Positions 40,649 to 48,906 of a stretch of DNA of 64,000 bases are shown in pieces. Both the position numbers and the translations under genes were made by a program. Source of the stretch: Candidatus Cloacimonadota bacterium (lineage in GTDB: Bacteria; Cloacimonadota; Cloacimonadia; G963667145); assembly GCA_963667255.1 (NCBI GenBank), contig OY762940.1, positions 1,504,001-1,568,000 of the forward strand. Direction: 5' to 3'. Under the pieces are notes generated by a model, which searched no databases, was not told where the DNA came from, and saw only the letters and a list, made by a program, of their open reading frames with translations. Numbering within the stretch: the stretch's first letter is position 1; each line of letters opens with the position of its first letter.

Positions 40649-41014
40649 ATGGAGAATAAAAACATCAACTGGGAAAAAATGAGTTTCACTAAACTCAAAG
40701 AAAAACAAGAGCAAATTGAAAAACAAAACAAAGATTTGAAGAAGAAAAATACACGAAGAATAATAGAAGAAACTATGATTTTGGTTCTTATTATTATGCT
40801 CTTTTATTATGTGATTCCTATGCTTGCCAAATTTTGGCCTAATGTTGAATTTTTGGTCTCACTGAAAACAACTTTCAAAAAAATGTTCGGCTTTATTCTT
40901 GTCGTTCCTATTTCTGTCTTCCTCATGAGTAAGATGAGTAAACAACCTCTCAAGATTGTAGAAAACAACAAAAAACTGAAATTAATTCAAGAATTTTTGG
41001 AAAAGAAAAAGTAA
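40649..41014 (+). CDS. Hypothetical two-TM protein
   Basis: Basic N-terminal helix followed by two TMs. Confidence 0.65.
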   Translation: MENKNINWEKMSFTKLKEKQEQIEKQNKDLKKKNTRRIIEETMILVLIIMLFYYVIPMLAKFWPNVEFLVSLKTTFKKMFGFILVVPISVFLMSKMSKQPLKIVENNKKLKLIQEFLEKKK

Positions 41015-41044
41015 ATTCCTCAAGAAATTGAAATAATCTAGAAC

Positions 41045-41134
41045 TGGTGCAGGTGACTGGACTTGAACCAGCACGCCCTATAAACGAGCACAAGAACCTG
41101 AATCTTGCGTGTCTACCAATTTCACCACACCTGC
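41045..41134 (-). tRNA. tRNA-Leu(CAG)
   Basis: GCAGGTG acceptor; anticodon arm CAAGA-TTCAGGT-TCTTG; long variable arm; TTCAAGT T-loop; A73 and encoded CCA. Confidence 0.96.
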
Positions 41135-41144
41135 ATAAAAAAAA

Positions 41145-41233
41145 TGGTGCAGAAGACTGGACTTGAACCAGCACACCCAAAAGCGGGCACAAGATCCTTA
41201 GTCTTGCGTGTCTACCAATTCCACCACTTCTGC
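41145..41233 (-). tRNA. tRNA-Leu(AAG), A34 anticodon
   Basis: GCAGAAG acceptor paired with CTTCTGC; anticodon arm CAAGA-CTAAGGA-TCTTG; long variable arm; A73 and CCA. Confidence 0.93.
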
Positions 41234-41247
41234 ACTAAAATGAAAAC

Positions 41248-41535
41248 TTATTTAGCTAACTCTTTTTTCAATTCCTCGCTAACTCCTGTATTGACATTGG
41301 AAGTGTTCATTCCCTTGGTATAAAATGCCAATCCTAAGCAAGAAATTGCGAAGATTAAGATAAAATATTTAGTCCATTTTTTTAATATTGCCTCAGCCTC
41401 ATCACCAAAAGAAGCTGTGCTGGCACTGCCACCAAAAGCACCGCCCAAAGCACCGCCTTTGGAAGTTTGGGACAAAATCACCAAAATCAACAAGAGCGAT
41501 ACAACAATATGAACTCCAAGCAAAAAATAAAACAT
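41248..41535 (-). CDS. secG: Preprotein translocase subunit SecG
   Basis: LILVILSQ.SKGG.LGGAFGG...FG...L.K.T; two TMs; followed by tRNA-Leu. Confidence 0.93.
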   Translation of the reverse strand: MFYFLLGVHIVVSLLLILVILSQTSKGGALGGAFGGSASTASFGDEAEAILKKWTKYFILIFAISCLGLAFYTKGMNTSNVNTGVSEELKKELAK

Positions 41536-41613
41536 CTAATCTCCTTATTTAGCGTAACTCACAACAATCTTTTTTTTTGTGGTTTTGTGTCAACTATTTA
41601 TTCTTCAAAAAAT

Positions 41614-42546
41614 TTACGCAAAATACAAATACGAAAAATACACCATCACCATAATAATCCCCATAGCCACAGGCTTCTTACACCCTTTGTATAGTGCAAA
41701 AAAGGTTATGCAAATTATAAGCGAAATCCAGCTAAACAAAAACGAAATTTCCGAGCTACTCACACTAATCGGGTGAATAATTGCAGAAATCCCGACAATT
41801 CCAAAAATATTCAAAACATCTGAACCAATAATATTGCCTATCGCAATATCCAAATGCCCTTTTCTCGATGCAACAAAAGAGGTGATAACTTCTGGCAGTG
41901 ATGTCCCCAAAGCCACGATAGTAACAGCAATCATAGCCTTGCTCATTTGGAAAAATTCGGCAATATACACAGCACAGCCGACAACGACTTTGCCCAAAAC
42001 AACGACCATTAACAAAACAAAAATAAAGCCGGCTATGTATAAACTTATGTGCTTAACAGGTTTTACTTTTTCTACTTTCCCTTTATTGGAAGTCCTGACG
42101 ACCTGAAAAAAATAGAACACCAAACAAACAGGAAAAAAAAGTGCTTCCCTTAAAGATAAAACTCCATCCGCAAAAAAGTGAAACAAAGCTGCCACACCTA
42201 TAACCAAAAACAGAAGCATATTCACAAAATATTTTCTATTGAAAGTTGAACATTTACCGAACCCAATGGCGATAAATCCCAACCCCAAAGCAAGAGATTC
42301 GTTGCAAATAACGCTGCCGAAACCGTTGCCAAAGCCAATCTGGGAGTAGCCTTGCACAGATGCCAAAATGCTCACTGCAAACTCCGGAGCAGAAGTAGCA
42401 AAACCGACTATCACAATGCCTGTAACGATTGTCGGTATGCCAAAATATGCCGAAATAGTAACCGATAAATCAACAAATTTTTCGGCAAAATAGAACAACA
42501 ACCCAAAACTCAACGCGAGCAAAATAAAAGCGTAATAAATATTCAT
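41614..42546 (-). CDS. Calcium/sodium antiporter (YrbG-like)
   Basis: Alpha repeats FATSAPE...GS and LGTSLPE...GNIIGS. Confidence 0.92.
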   Translation of the reverse strand: MNIYYAFILLALSFGLLFYFAEKFVDLSVTISAYFGIPTIVTGIVIVGFATSAPEFAVSILASVQGYSQIGFGNGFGSVICNESLALGLGFIAIGFGKCSTFNRKYFVNMLLFLVIGVAALFHFFADGVLSLREALFFPVCLVFYFFQVVRTSNKGKVEKVKPVKHISLYIAGFIFVLLMVVVLGKVVVGCAVYIAEFFQMSKAMIAVTIVALGTSLPEVITSFVASRKGHLDIAIGNIIGSDVLNIFGIVGISAIIHPISVSSSEISFLFSWISLIICITFFALYKGCKKPVAMGIIMVMVYFSYLYFA

Positions 42547-42563
42547 CTCATCCTAAACCCTAA

Positions 42564-44381
42564 TTAATCAAAAAGATACCAAATAAAATTGATTTTGAAA
42601 TGCCGACGATAAGTGGGTGCACCCAAATAAGTTTCAGCCTTATCGTAATTTTTGAGGTCCATCAACATAGAGAATTTCTTCGTCAAATCCAATTGTAAGT
42701 AATAATCCAAAATGCGACTTGAAGCGACAGCGTTAGCTTTTTTCAGGTCGGCAAACGAACTGTAAAATGTTGATGCATTATACTTCCGCATCCCCAGAGT
42801 CAAAATATTGCCATAATTGAAGTAGAAAATCAACTCATAACTGTTCATCATTTGCAAATCGGGCGAACTATAAGGTAAGCTCCCCGTGAGGAACTTGCGA
42901 GCTTCCAAGCCATAAGCAAAAGCCAGTTTTTGACTCCACAAGCGGAACGGAAGCCGAACTTTCATATCTGTTTCCAAAAGCGTATTGGAATATTGGGCAG
43001 ATTGAACAGTATGAACGCTATCAACAATCATGTGCTCGGAAATTTTTTGCTCCAATTTCCCCAAAGCAGCTCTTCCGCTTAGAAATCGATTGTTAAATCC
43101 TAACCCGAAAAAAGAAGATTTGTAGTTGTCTATCCACTTAAAGGAGATGTTGTCCATGATTATCAAAGAAGAATCGACAGCTTGATTTTCCTTGTCCACA
43201 TAGTCACAAAATAGATTGAATCCCCAAGGCAAGCCTTTGTTAAAATTGAAAGTTGTGCTTGCCTCATCGTAATAACCGCTGACAGTCGTGCCATACCACC
43301 ATTCACAATTGAGTTTGCCTTTGTAATAGAGCCTGTCTTTCACTTTGGTAGATTCAAAGTTGTTATAACTCTTGCGACCGACCGCCAAATTTTGTCCCCA
43401 AAAATCCAAGTCAAGTGCGTAAAAGTAACTTTCCAAATCGTATTCTTTATCAATTTTGATTACCGAATCGATGAAAAAATCGCTGTGCGAATAGCTGTAA
43501 CCTGCATCAAAAATTATAGACCGAAAAACTACATAGTGCTGTTGAGATTTGTAAGCGATGTGTTGCATATCCAGAAGAGAATCGAAAACAGCTGTTGTTT
43601 CCGTTTTGCTGAAAAATAACTTCTCGCTCGGCAAATCATGGTTCAAGAATAAATATGAGTATTCCAAGGAAAAGAAATCCCGAAAATAGCAACGAAGGCT
43701 TCCAAAAACATCTTTTGTTTTCTCTTTGGTCTCACCCGAAAGCCAATAGCCATTTGTTCCGTTGAACCCGAGATGCAAATCTAAACAGTTGTAAATCTGA
43801 CCTTTATAAAGATTTACCACAGCCTGATCATAATCGCTACTATTGTAACCCTGACTGAGTAGTGCCTTTGTAGTCAACACAGGCAAATTGTAATCACTTC
43901 CTGTAAAATAGACATTTCCTTCTTGCAAACTCTCGTCCCAAAACGGCTGATAATCTTGATACAATTGGTAGTTTTGCAGAAGGAGCGGATGAATATAAAG
44001 CTCATTAAATTGAACATTCTGTCTTATGGGAGTTTGCGTATAAAAATGCTGATTTTCCTGATACAAAAACAGCGGGATTTTAGTCTTAGCCTTATCTTTG
44101 TCTATGTAATCGGAAACATTCTTATCAAAATTTTGGCGGAATTTATCCAGCCGCTCATCCTCATCGACAATAGGAATGCTATCGGAAATTCCGGTGAAAA
44201 TAGAGTCGCCTTCCACCATTTTCTCAAATTCCGACCTCTCCCTCTTGAGCGAATCTCCTAAACTAACAGTATTTATAAAATCTTGAGACTCGGTTATCCC
44301 TTCCAATGAGTCGATTTCCATCCCCCACAAGCAAGTGAAAAGGCAAAGCGAAAGAAAAACAAATTTGTTAAAAAATCTCAT
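42564..44381 (-). CDS. Hypothetical outer-membrane beta-barrel-like protein
   Basis: Signal peptide, aromatic-rich alternating strands, C-terminus INFIWYLFD. Confidence 0.6.
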   Translation of the reverse strand: MRFFNKFVFLSLCLFTCLWGMEIDSLEGITESQDFINTVSLGDSLKRERSEFEKMVEGDSIFTGISDSIPIVDEDERLDKFRQNFDKNVSDYIDKDKAKTKIPLFLYQENQHFYTQTPIRQNVQFNELYIHPLLLQNYQLYQDYQPFWDESLQEGNVYFTGSDYNLPVLTTKALLSQGYNSSDYDQAVVNLYKGQIYNCLDLHLGFNGTNGYWLSGETKEKTKDVFGSLRCYFRDFFSLEYSYLFLNHDLPSEKLFFSKTETTAVFDSLLDMQHIAYKSQQHYVVFRSIIFDAGYSYSHSDFFIDSVIKIDKEYDLESYFYALDLDFWGQNLAVGRKSYNNFESTKVKDRLYYKGKLNCEWWYGTTVSGYYDEASTTFNFNKGLPWGFNLFCDYVDKENQAVDSSLIIMDNISFKWIDNYKSSFFGLGFNNRFLSGRAALGKLEQKISEHMIVDSVHTVQSAQYSNTLLETDMKVRLPFRLWSQKLAFAYGLEARKFLTGSLPYSSPDLQMMNSYELIFYFNYGNILTLGMRKYNASTFYSSFADLKKANAVASSRILDYYLQLDLTKKFSMLMDLKNYDKAETYLGAPTYRRHFKINFIWYLFD

Positions 44382-44604
44382 AATTCTTCAAATAGTTGAG
44401 AACTCTCTCAAAAAAAGAAACCAAGCTATTGCTCACAAAAAAAATCAAAACTCCTCTATCCTCTCTCGAAGTCGTATGATTTGCCAAACCCGAGAAAGAC
44501 TCCACAATACTGGCGAAAAAATATTGCTGACTCGTGGGTATCCGCAAGTGGTAAAAATTACCGCCCATATTGTCGTTCACGACATCAATCAACTCTATAT
44601 TCAC
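44368..44604 (-). CDS. Small hypothetical protein (DUF4911-like)
   Basis: Overlaps both lon and the downstream gene; IVESFSGLANHTT pattern. Confidence 0.55.
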   Translation of the reverse strand: MNIELIDVVNDNMGGNFYHLRIPTSQQYFFASIVESFSGLANHTTSREDRGVLIFFVSNSLVSFFERVLNYLKNYEIF

Positions 44605-46958
44605 ACAAGTGCCTCGGCAAGTACCTGCTCCACAGTCTCCACTGGGACTATCTCCAAGCCTTCCTTAATCTCGGGAGCGATTTCCGTTAAATGCGGTAAA
44701 TTGTCTTTGGGTATCAAAACTTTTTTTATCTCCGCTTGCCCGGCAGCCACCAGTTTTTCTGCCAAGCCTCCTATTGCCATCACTTCGCCTTTCAGAGAAA
44801 CCTCGCCTGTCATGGCAATGTCCGCTCTAACCTTTCTGTCCGAAAGAATGGATATTATCGCCGTGACCATCGTGACTCCGGCAGACGGACCATCTTTGGG
44901 GACAGCACCCTCAGGAATATGCAAATGCAAATCGATTTTCTTGTAAAACTCTTTTTCCAAGCCATATTTTTCCGCATTGACTCTAGCGTAAGTGTAAGCT
45001 GCCTGTGCAGACTCTTTCATAACATCACCGAGATTGCCCGTAAGTTCTATTTTGCCAGTGCCAGCAAATTTGCTAATCTCAATGCGTAAAATCTCTCCAC
45101 CTACCATAGTCCAAGCGAGTCCGGTAACCACTCCAACCAAATCCTCTTTCAGAACTTTAGTCGGTATTACCTGTGAAACACCCAAATAGTCGGTCAATTT
45201 TTTCTCGTTCAATTTCAATTCAACACTTTGCTCATTCTTTTGTATCATCTCTCTGATGACTTTGCGATAAACTTTTTCGATTTGTTTTTCCAAAGAACGA
45301 ACACCCACTTCCCTTGTGTAATTTTTAATAATATGCTCAATAACCACATCGCTGAACTCAATCTCAACTTTACCTTCAGTCTTAAAAGTCTCAATTTGTC
45401 TGCGAATAAGATGCTTTTTGGCGATGTTAATTTTTTCGAAAAGCGTATAACCGGGAAGTCTGACCACTTCCATCCTATCCAAAAGTGGAGAAGGAATGGA
45501 AGACAGCGTGTTTGCCGTGGTAATAAAAGTAACCTGAGACAAATCGTAATCAAAATCCAAGTAGTGGTCTCTGAAAGAGTTGTTTTGCTCAGGGTCCAAA
45601 ACCTCAAGCAAAGCCGAAGCAGGATCTCCGCGAAAATCGTTGGAAAGTTTGTCGATTTCGTCCATCATAATCACAGGATTGACCGTTCCCGCTTTTTTCA
45701 TAGAGCCAATAATCACCCCGGGAAGAGCACCAATATAAGTCTTGCGATGCCCTCTAATCTCGGCTTCGTCACGCACACCACCAAGAGAAAGCCTAGCAAA
45801 CTTCTTGCCGAGAGCCTTGGCAATAGCTTTCCCCAGAGATGTCTTACCCACACCCGGAGCACCCACAAAGCACAAAATTTTCCCTCTGTTTTCCTGAACA
45901 AATTTGAGCACCGCAACATATTCCAAAATAACATCTTTTATCTTTTTCAGACCGTAATGATTTTCATCCAAATCTTTTTGAGCCTGATCCAAATCAAAAT
46001 CTTTCAGTTCGGAAGAAGACCAAGGCAAATCCCTAATCCAACTCAAATAGTTGTAAATAACAGTATATTCTGGAGAACCCGTAGGAGTTTGCTTTAGTTT
46101 GTCCAGCTCGGTATCGGCAATCTCTCGCACCTGCTCACTGAGCAGCAACTTCTCCAAAGCCTCTTCCATCTCGATAATTTCCGCACTATTATTTTGGTCT
46201 ATGCCCAGCTCTCTTTCGATTTCCTTCAGTTGCTCCCGCAGATAATATTCTCGTTGTTGCCTATTCAATTTGTTGTTCACATTAACATCAATCCGTCTCT
46301 CTAACTTCAGTATTTCCAACTCCTTATGCAGAAGTCGAAGAAGCTGATTCAATGCTATATTGATATTTTCAGTGCGAAGCAAAGCAATTTTTTTATCCAC
46401 AGAAGAAGTGATATTTGCCATCACATAATAGAAAAATTCCCTTGCTTTGGTAATCTCGTCCAAGGGCTTGAGAACCTCCTGAGGAATATTGCCATCGACC
46501 GAAATGTATTCCGCAAAAAGCCGCTTGATAGCTCTAATCTCAGCTTGCAACTCCAACTCATCACTCTTCTCATAGACCATCTCATGAAATTTAGCTTTAA
46601 AAAATCCGTCCCTTGATTTGTGAAGTCTATCAATGATAACGCATTTCAAACCTTCCACCAAAATTCTCAAATTCCCATCCGGCAATCTGAAAACCTGCAA
46701 AATGCTGCAATATGTTCCTACTCGATACAAATCCTTGCTTTCAGGGTAATTAAGCCGTTTATTATCCCGCTTCTGAGTAAGGCAAATTATCCTTTTATGC
46801 TTGGCAAGAGCGTCCTCGACAGCATCCACAGTAACTCTGCGACCGACCAAAATCGGGGCAACAATCTTGGGAACCATTATCATATTGCGTAAAGGCACAA
46901 CATTCAAATCTTCCAATAATTCCACGGCGTTTTCTTCTACCAAAATATCCTCTTTCAT
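44601..46958 (-). CDS. lon: Lon protease
   Basis: PLRN N-domain, GAPGVGKTS, DEIDK, PKDGPSAG catalytic Ser, IGGLAEK. Confidence 0.98.
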   Translation of the reverse strand: MKEDILVEENAVELLEDLNVVPLRNMIMVPKIVAPILVGRRVTVDAVEDALAKHKRIICLTQKRDNKRLNYPESKDLYRVGTYCSILQVFRLPDGNLRILVEGLKCVIIDRLHKSRDGFFKAKFHEMVYEKSDELELQAEIRAIKRLFAEYISVDGNIPQEVLKPLDEITKAREFFYYVMANITSSVDKKIALLRTENINIALNQLLRLLHKELEILKLERRIDVNVNNKLNRQQREYYLREQLKEIERELGIDQNNSAEIIEMEEALEKLLLSEQVREIADTELDKLKQTPTGSPEYTVIYNYLSWIRDLPWSSSELKDFDLDQAQKDLDENHYGLKKIKDVILEYVAVLKFVQENRGKILCFVGAPGVGKTSLGKAIAKALGKKFARLSLGGVRDEAEIRGHRKTYIGALPGVIIGSMKKAGTVNPVIMMDEIDKLSNDFRGDPASALLEVLDPEQNNSFRDHYLDFDYDLSQVTFITTANTLSSIPSPLLDRMEVVRLPGYTLFEKINIAKKHLIRRQIETFKTEGKVEIEFSDVVIEHIIKNYTREVGVRSLEKQIEKVYRKVIREMIQKNEQSVELKLNEKKLTDYLGVSQVIPTKVLKEDLVGVVTGLAWTMVGGEILRIEISKFAGTGKIELTGNLGDVMKESAQAAYTYARVNAEKYGLEKEFYKKIDLHLHIPEGAVPKDGPSAGVTMVTAIISILSDRKVRADIAMTGEVSLKGEVMAIGGLAEKLVAAGQAEIKKVLIPKDNLPHLTEIAPEIKEGLEIVPVETVEQVLAEALV

Positions 46959-46982
46959 AACCTTATCTCATTTAATTAATAA

Positions 46983-48785
46983 CTAATAATACTGGATTAT
47001 TTCCGGTGCTCCCGCATCTAAATTGGGCTCGGAATAATCTTTCTCTCCCGACAATCTGAATTTATAAGCTCCATCGTCTTGTTGCACAGGGAAATAAGCA
47101 AATCGCAATTGTAAAGTTTTAAATACCAAATTTTCATTTCTAATCCGAACTCCAAATCCAATACTCGATGCAAATTTCCCGCCTACAGCTATATTTTCAT
47201 TTTCAGACAAAAATCCTCCATCTGCAAAAGTGAAAAAAGCAAAACGAAATCCTACCAAATTGTAAGGAGCAAAAGAAACCATCTCTGTGGACAAAACAAA
47301 CTTTTGCTCATTTTTTTCACTCAGAGACAGCTCACGAATCTCCTCATCTCTAAATCCTATACTGTCATTTAGCGACCTTCGGACACTTGTAACATAGTTC
47401 AAATCAGCAAAAAAACGAGTATAGTAAGTTCCCCATTTATACAACAAACTGAAATACGAGGTTCTCATTCTGAGCGTTAAATCTTCCAACACATCATTAT
47501 CCGAAACCCAAAATCCGCCCAGAGACAATTTATTATATAGGTAGCCTACATTTTTGTAAAATTTTGCATACGAATAAGATATGCCAAAATAGTCTCTGCT
47601 GACAAACTCTCCGCTTTCACGACCGTAAACTAATTCCAATTTCTTGCCGTAAGGAATATACTCCGTCACACCAAATCCGTAAATCAAACTACTTCGATAA
47701 AAATCTTGCGTATTAAAACTGAACGAAACAAGCCTAAAATAATTCACATTATGATAACTTCGCAGTGAATCGGATTTGACCCCAGCAGGTCTGATAAGGT
47801 AGTTGGCAGACTTATGACGAATGGCAATTGCCATCCCCTCAAATCCCAACAAAGGCTTCCAAAGATTGTATTTCCGCCCAAACCAACAATCAAAAATCTC
47901 CTTCTTGGACTTTGGAGTTGATATGGTAGAAATCCCTTTTACTTCGCTTTTCTGCTCCTTTTCCTCCTCAATATGCCAGTCAAGCCCACCACCATATTTT
48001 TTGCCTGTAATATAGTTCCTGTTTAAACTCCCTCCATATTTTAGTCGGCTATAATCATCAAAATAATCGATAGTCAAGTCAACAAAACTCTCGTCAATAT
48101 TTCTGATGGTGTAGGAAAAATCGTTGCCCCACTCCGGACTTTTGCCCTTTTCATACTTTGCAGTATATTTAAATTCATTCCCAAGACCAAGGAAATTTTT
48201 GTCGTATATACCCAGCTTAAACTTATCTTGGCTTGTCAAATAACCAACAACTCCTATAGTCCATTTATCTCTTACTATTAAAACCAAATCCACAAAATCC
48301 GTGCTGCCCTTGACCGGGACCAAATAAAAATTTGCATCGTTGATATACGACAAATCGTTGATATATTTTTCGTTCTCCGCCAGCAGTTTCGAATCCACCA
48401 TAGAGTATTCCTGAAAAAACAAACCACCTCGAATAATCATCTCTCTGGTTTGAATATGCGATTTATTCGCTGCTCGAGAAAGAAAATCTTTACCATCAAA
48501 GACATCTTCCTGTTTAATCAAAATCTTGCGGATTCTTTTCCCGTCATACTTCTTGAATCTCTGAGCACTGACAGTCACATTATTTTGAGTTTTCGCTGTT
48601 TTTTTCTCACTTTCCTGAACATCAAAAACAACTTTGAAAAGCTCTTTGCTCCACAAATATTTGGAAGTTTTCTTCTTCAAATCCTTATAAACAGTTGTTT
48701 TCTCTTTTGTCTCCGACAAACAAACTGAAAAAAAAACACTAAAAATTAGAAATAGAAATACGCTTTTTTTGCTCAATTGCTTCAT
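46983..48785 (-). CDS. BamA/TamA-like outer membrane protein (POTRA + barrel)
   Basis: H..TRE.IIR..L.F POTRA, VDL...VRDKW, NFLGLG, G.G.RIRN C-terminal strands. Confidence 0.7.
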   Translation of the reverse strand: MKQLSKKSVFLFLIFSVFFSVCLSETKEKTTVYKDLKKKTSKYLWSKELFKVVFDVQESEKKTAKTQNNVTVSAQRFKKYDGKRIRKILIKQEDVFDGKDFLSRAANKSHIQTREMIIRGGLFFQEYSMVDSKLLAENEKYINDLSYINDANFYLVPVKGSTDFVDLVLIVRDKWTIGVVGYLTSQDKFKLGIYDKNFLGLGNEFKYTAKYEKGKSPEWGNDFSYTIRNIDESFVDLTIDYFDDYSRLKYGGSLNRNYITGKKYGGGLDWHIEEEKEQKSEVKGISTISTPKSKKEIFDCWFGRKYNLWKPLLGFEGMAIAIRHKSANYLIRPAGVKSDSLRSYHNVNYFRLVSFSFNTQDFYRSSLIYGFGVTEYIPYGKKLELVYGRESGEFVSRDYFGISYSYAKFYKNVGYLYNKLSLGGFWVSDNDVLEDLTLRMRTSYFSLLYKWGTYYTRFFADLNYVTSVRRSLNDSIGFRDEEIRELSLSEKNEQKFVLSTEMVSFAPYNLVGFRFAFFTFADGGFLSENENIAVGGKFASSIGFGVRIRNENLVFKTLQLRFAYFPVQQDDGAYKFRLSGEKDYSEPNLDAGAPEIIQYY

Positions 48786-48851
48786 CCCCTGTATATTTTT
48801 CTCCGTTAAAACGAAAAATATATCACAATGTCAATTAAAAAATAGTTTCTG

Positions 48852-48886
48852 AAAAAAACCCGACCCTACTACAAAGTAAAGTCGGG
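48852..48886 (-). terminator. Intrinsic terminator of hppA
   Basis: CCCGAC...GTCGGG stem followed by T7 on the minus strand. Confidence 0.75.
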
Positions 48887-48906
48887 AAGTTAAACAAATT
48901 ACAAAA

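Noticed and set aside
40950..41323. ORFs spanning 40950-41192 and 41105-41323 with internal repeats
   Set aside because: They are translations of the two tandem tRNA-Leu genes
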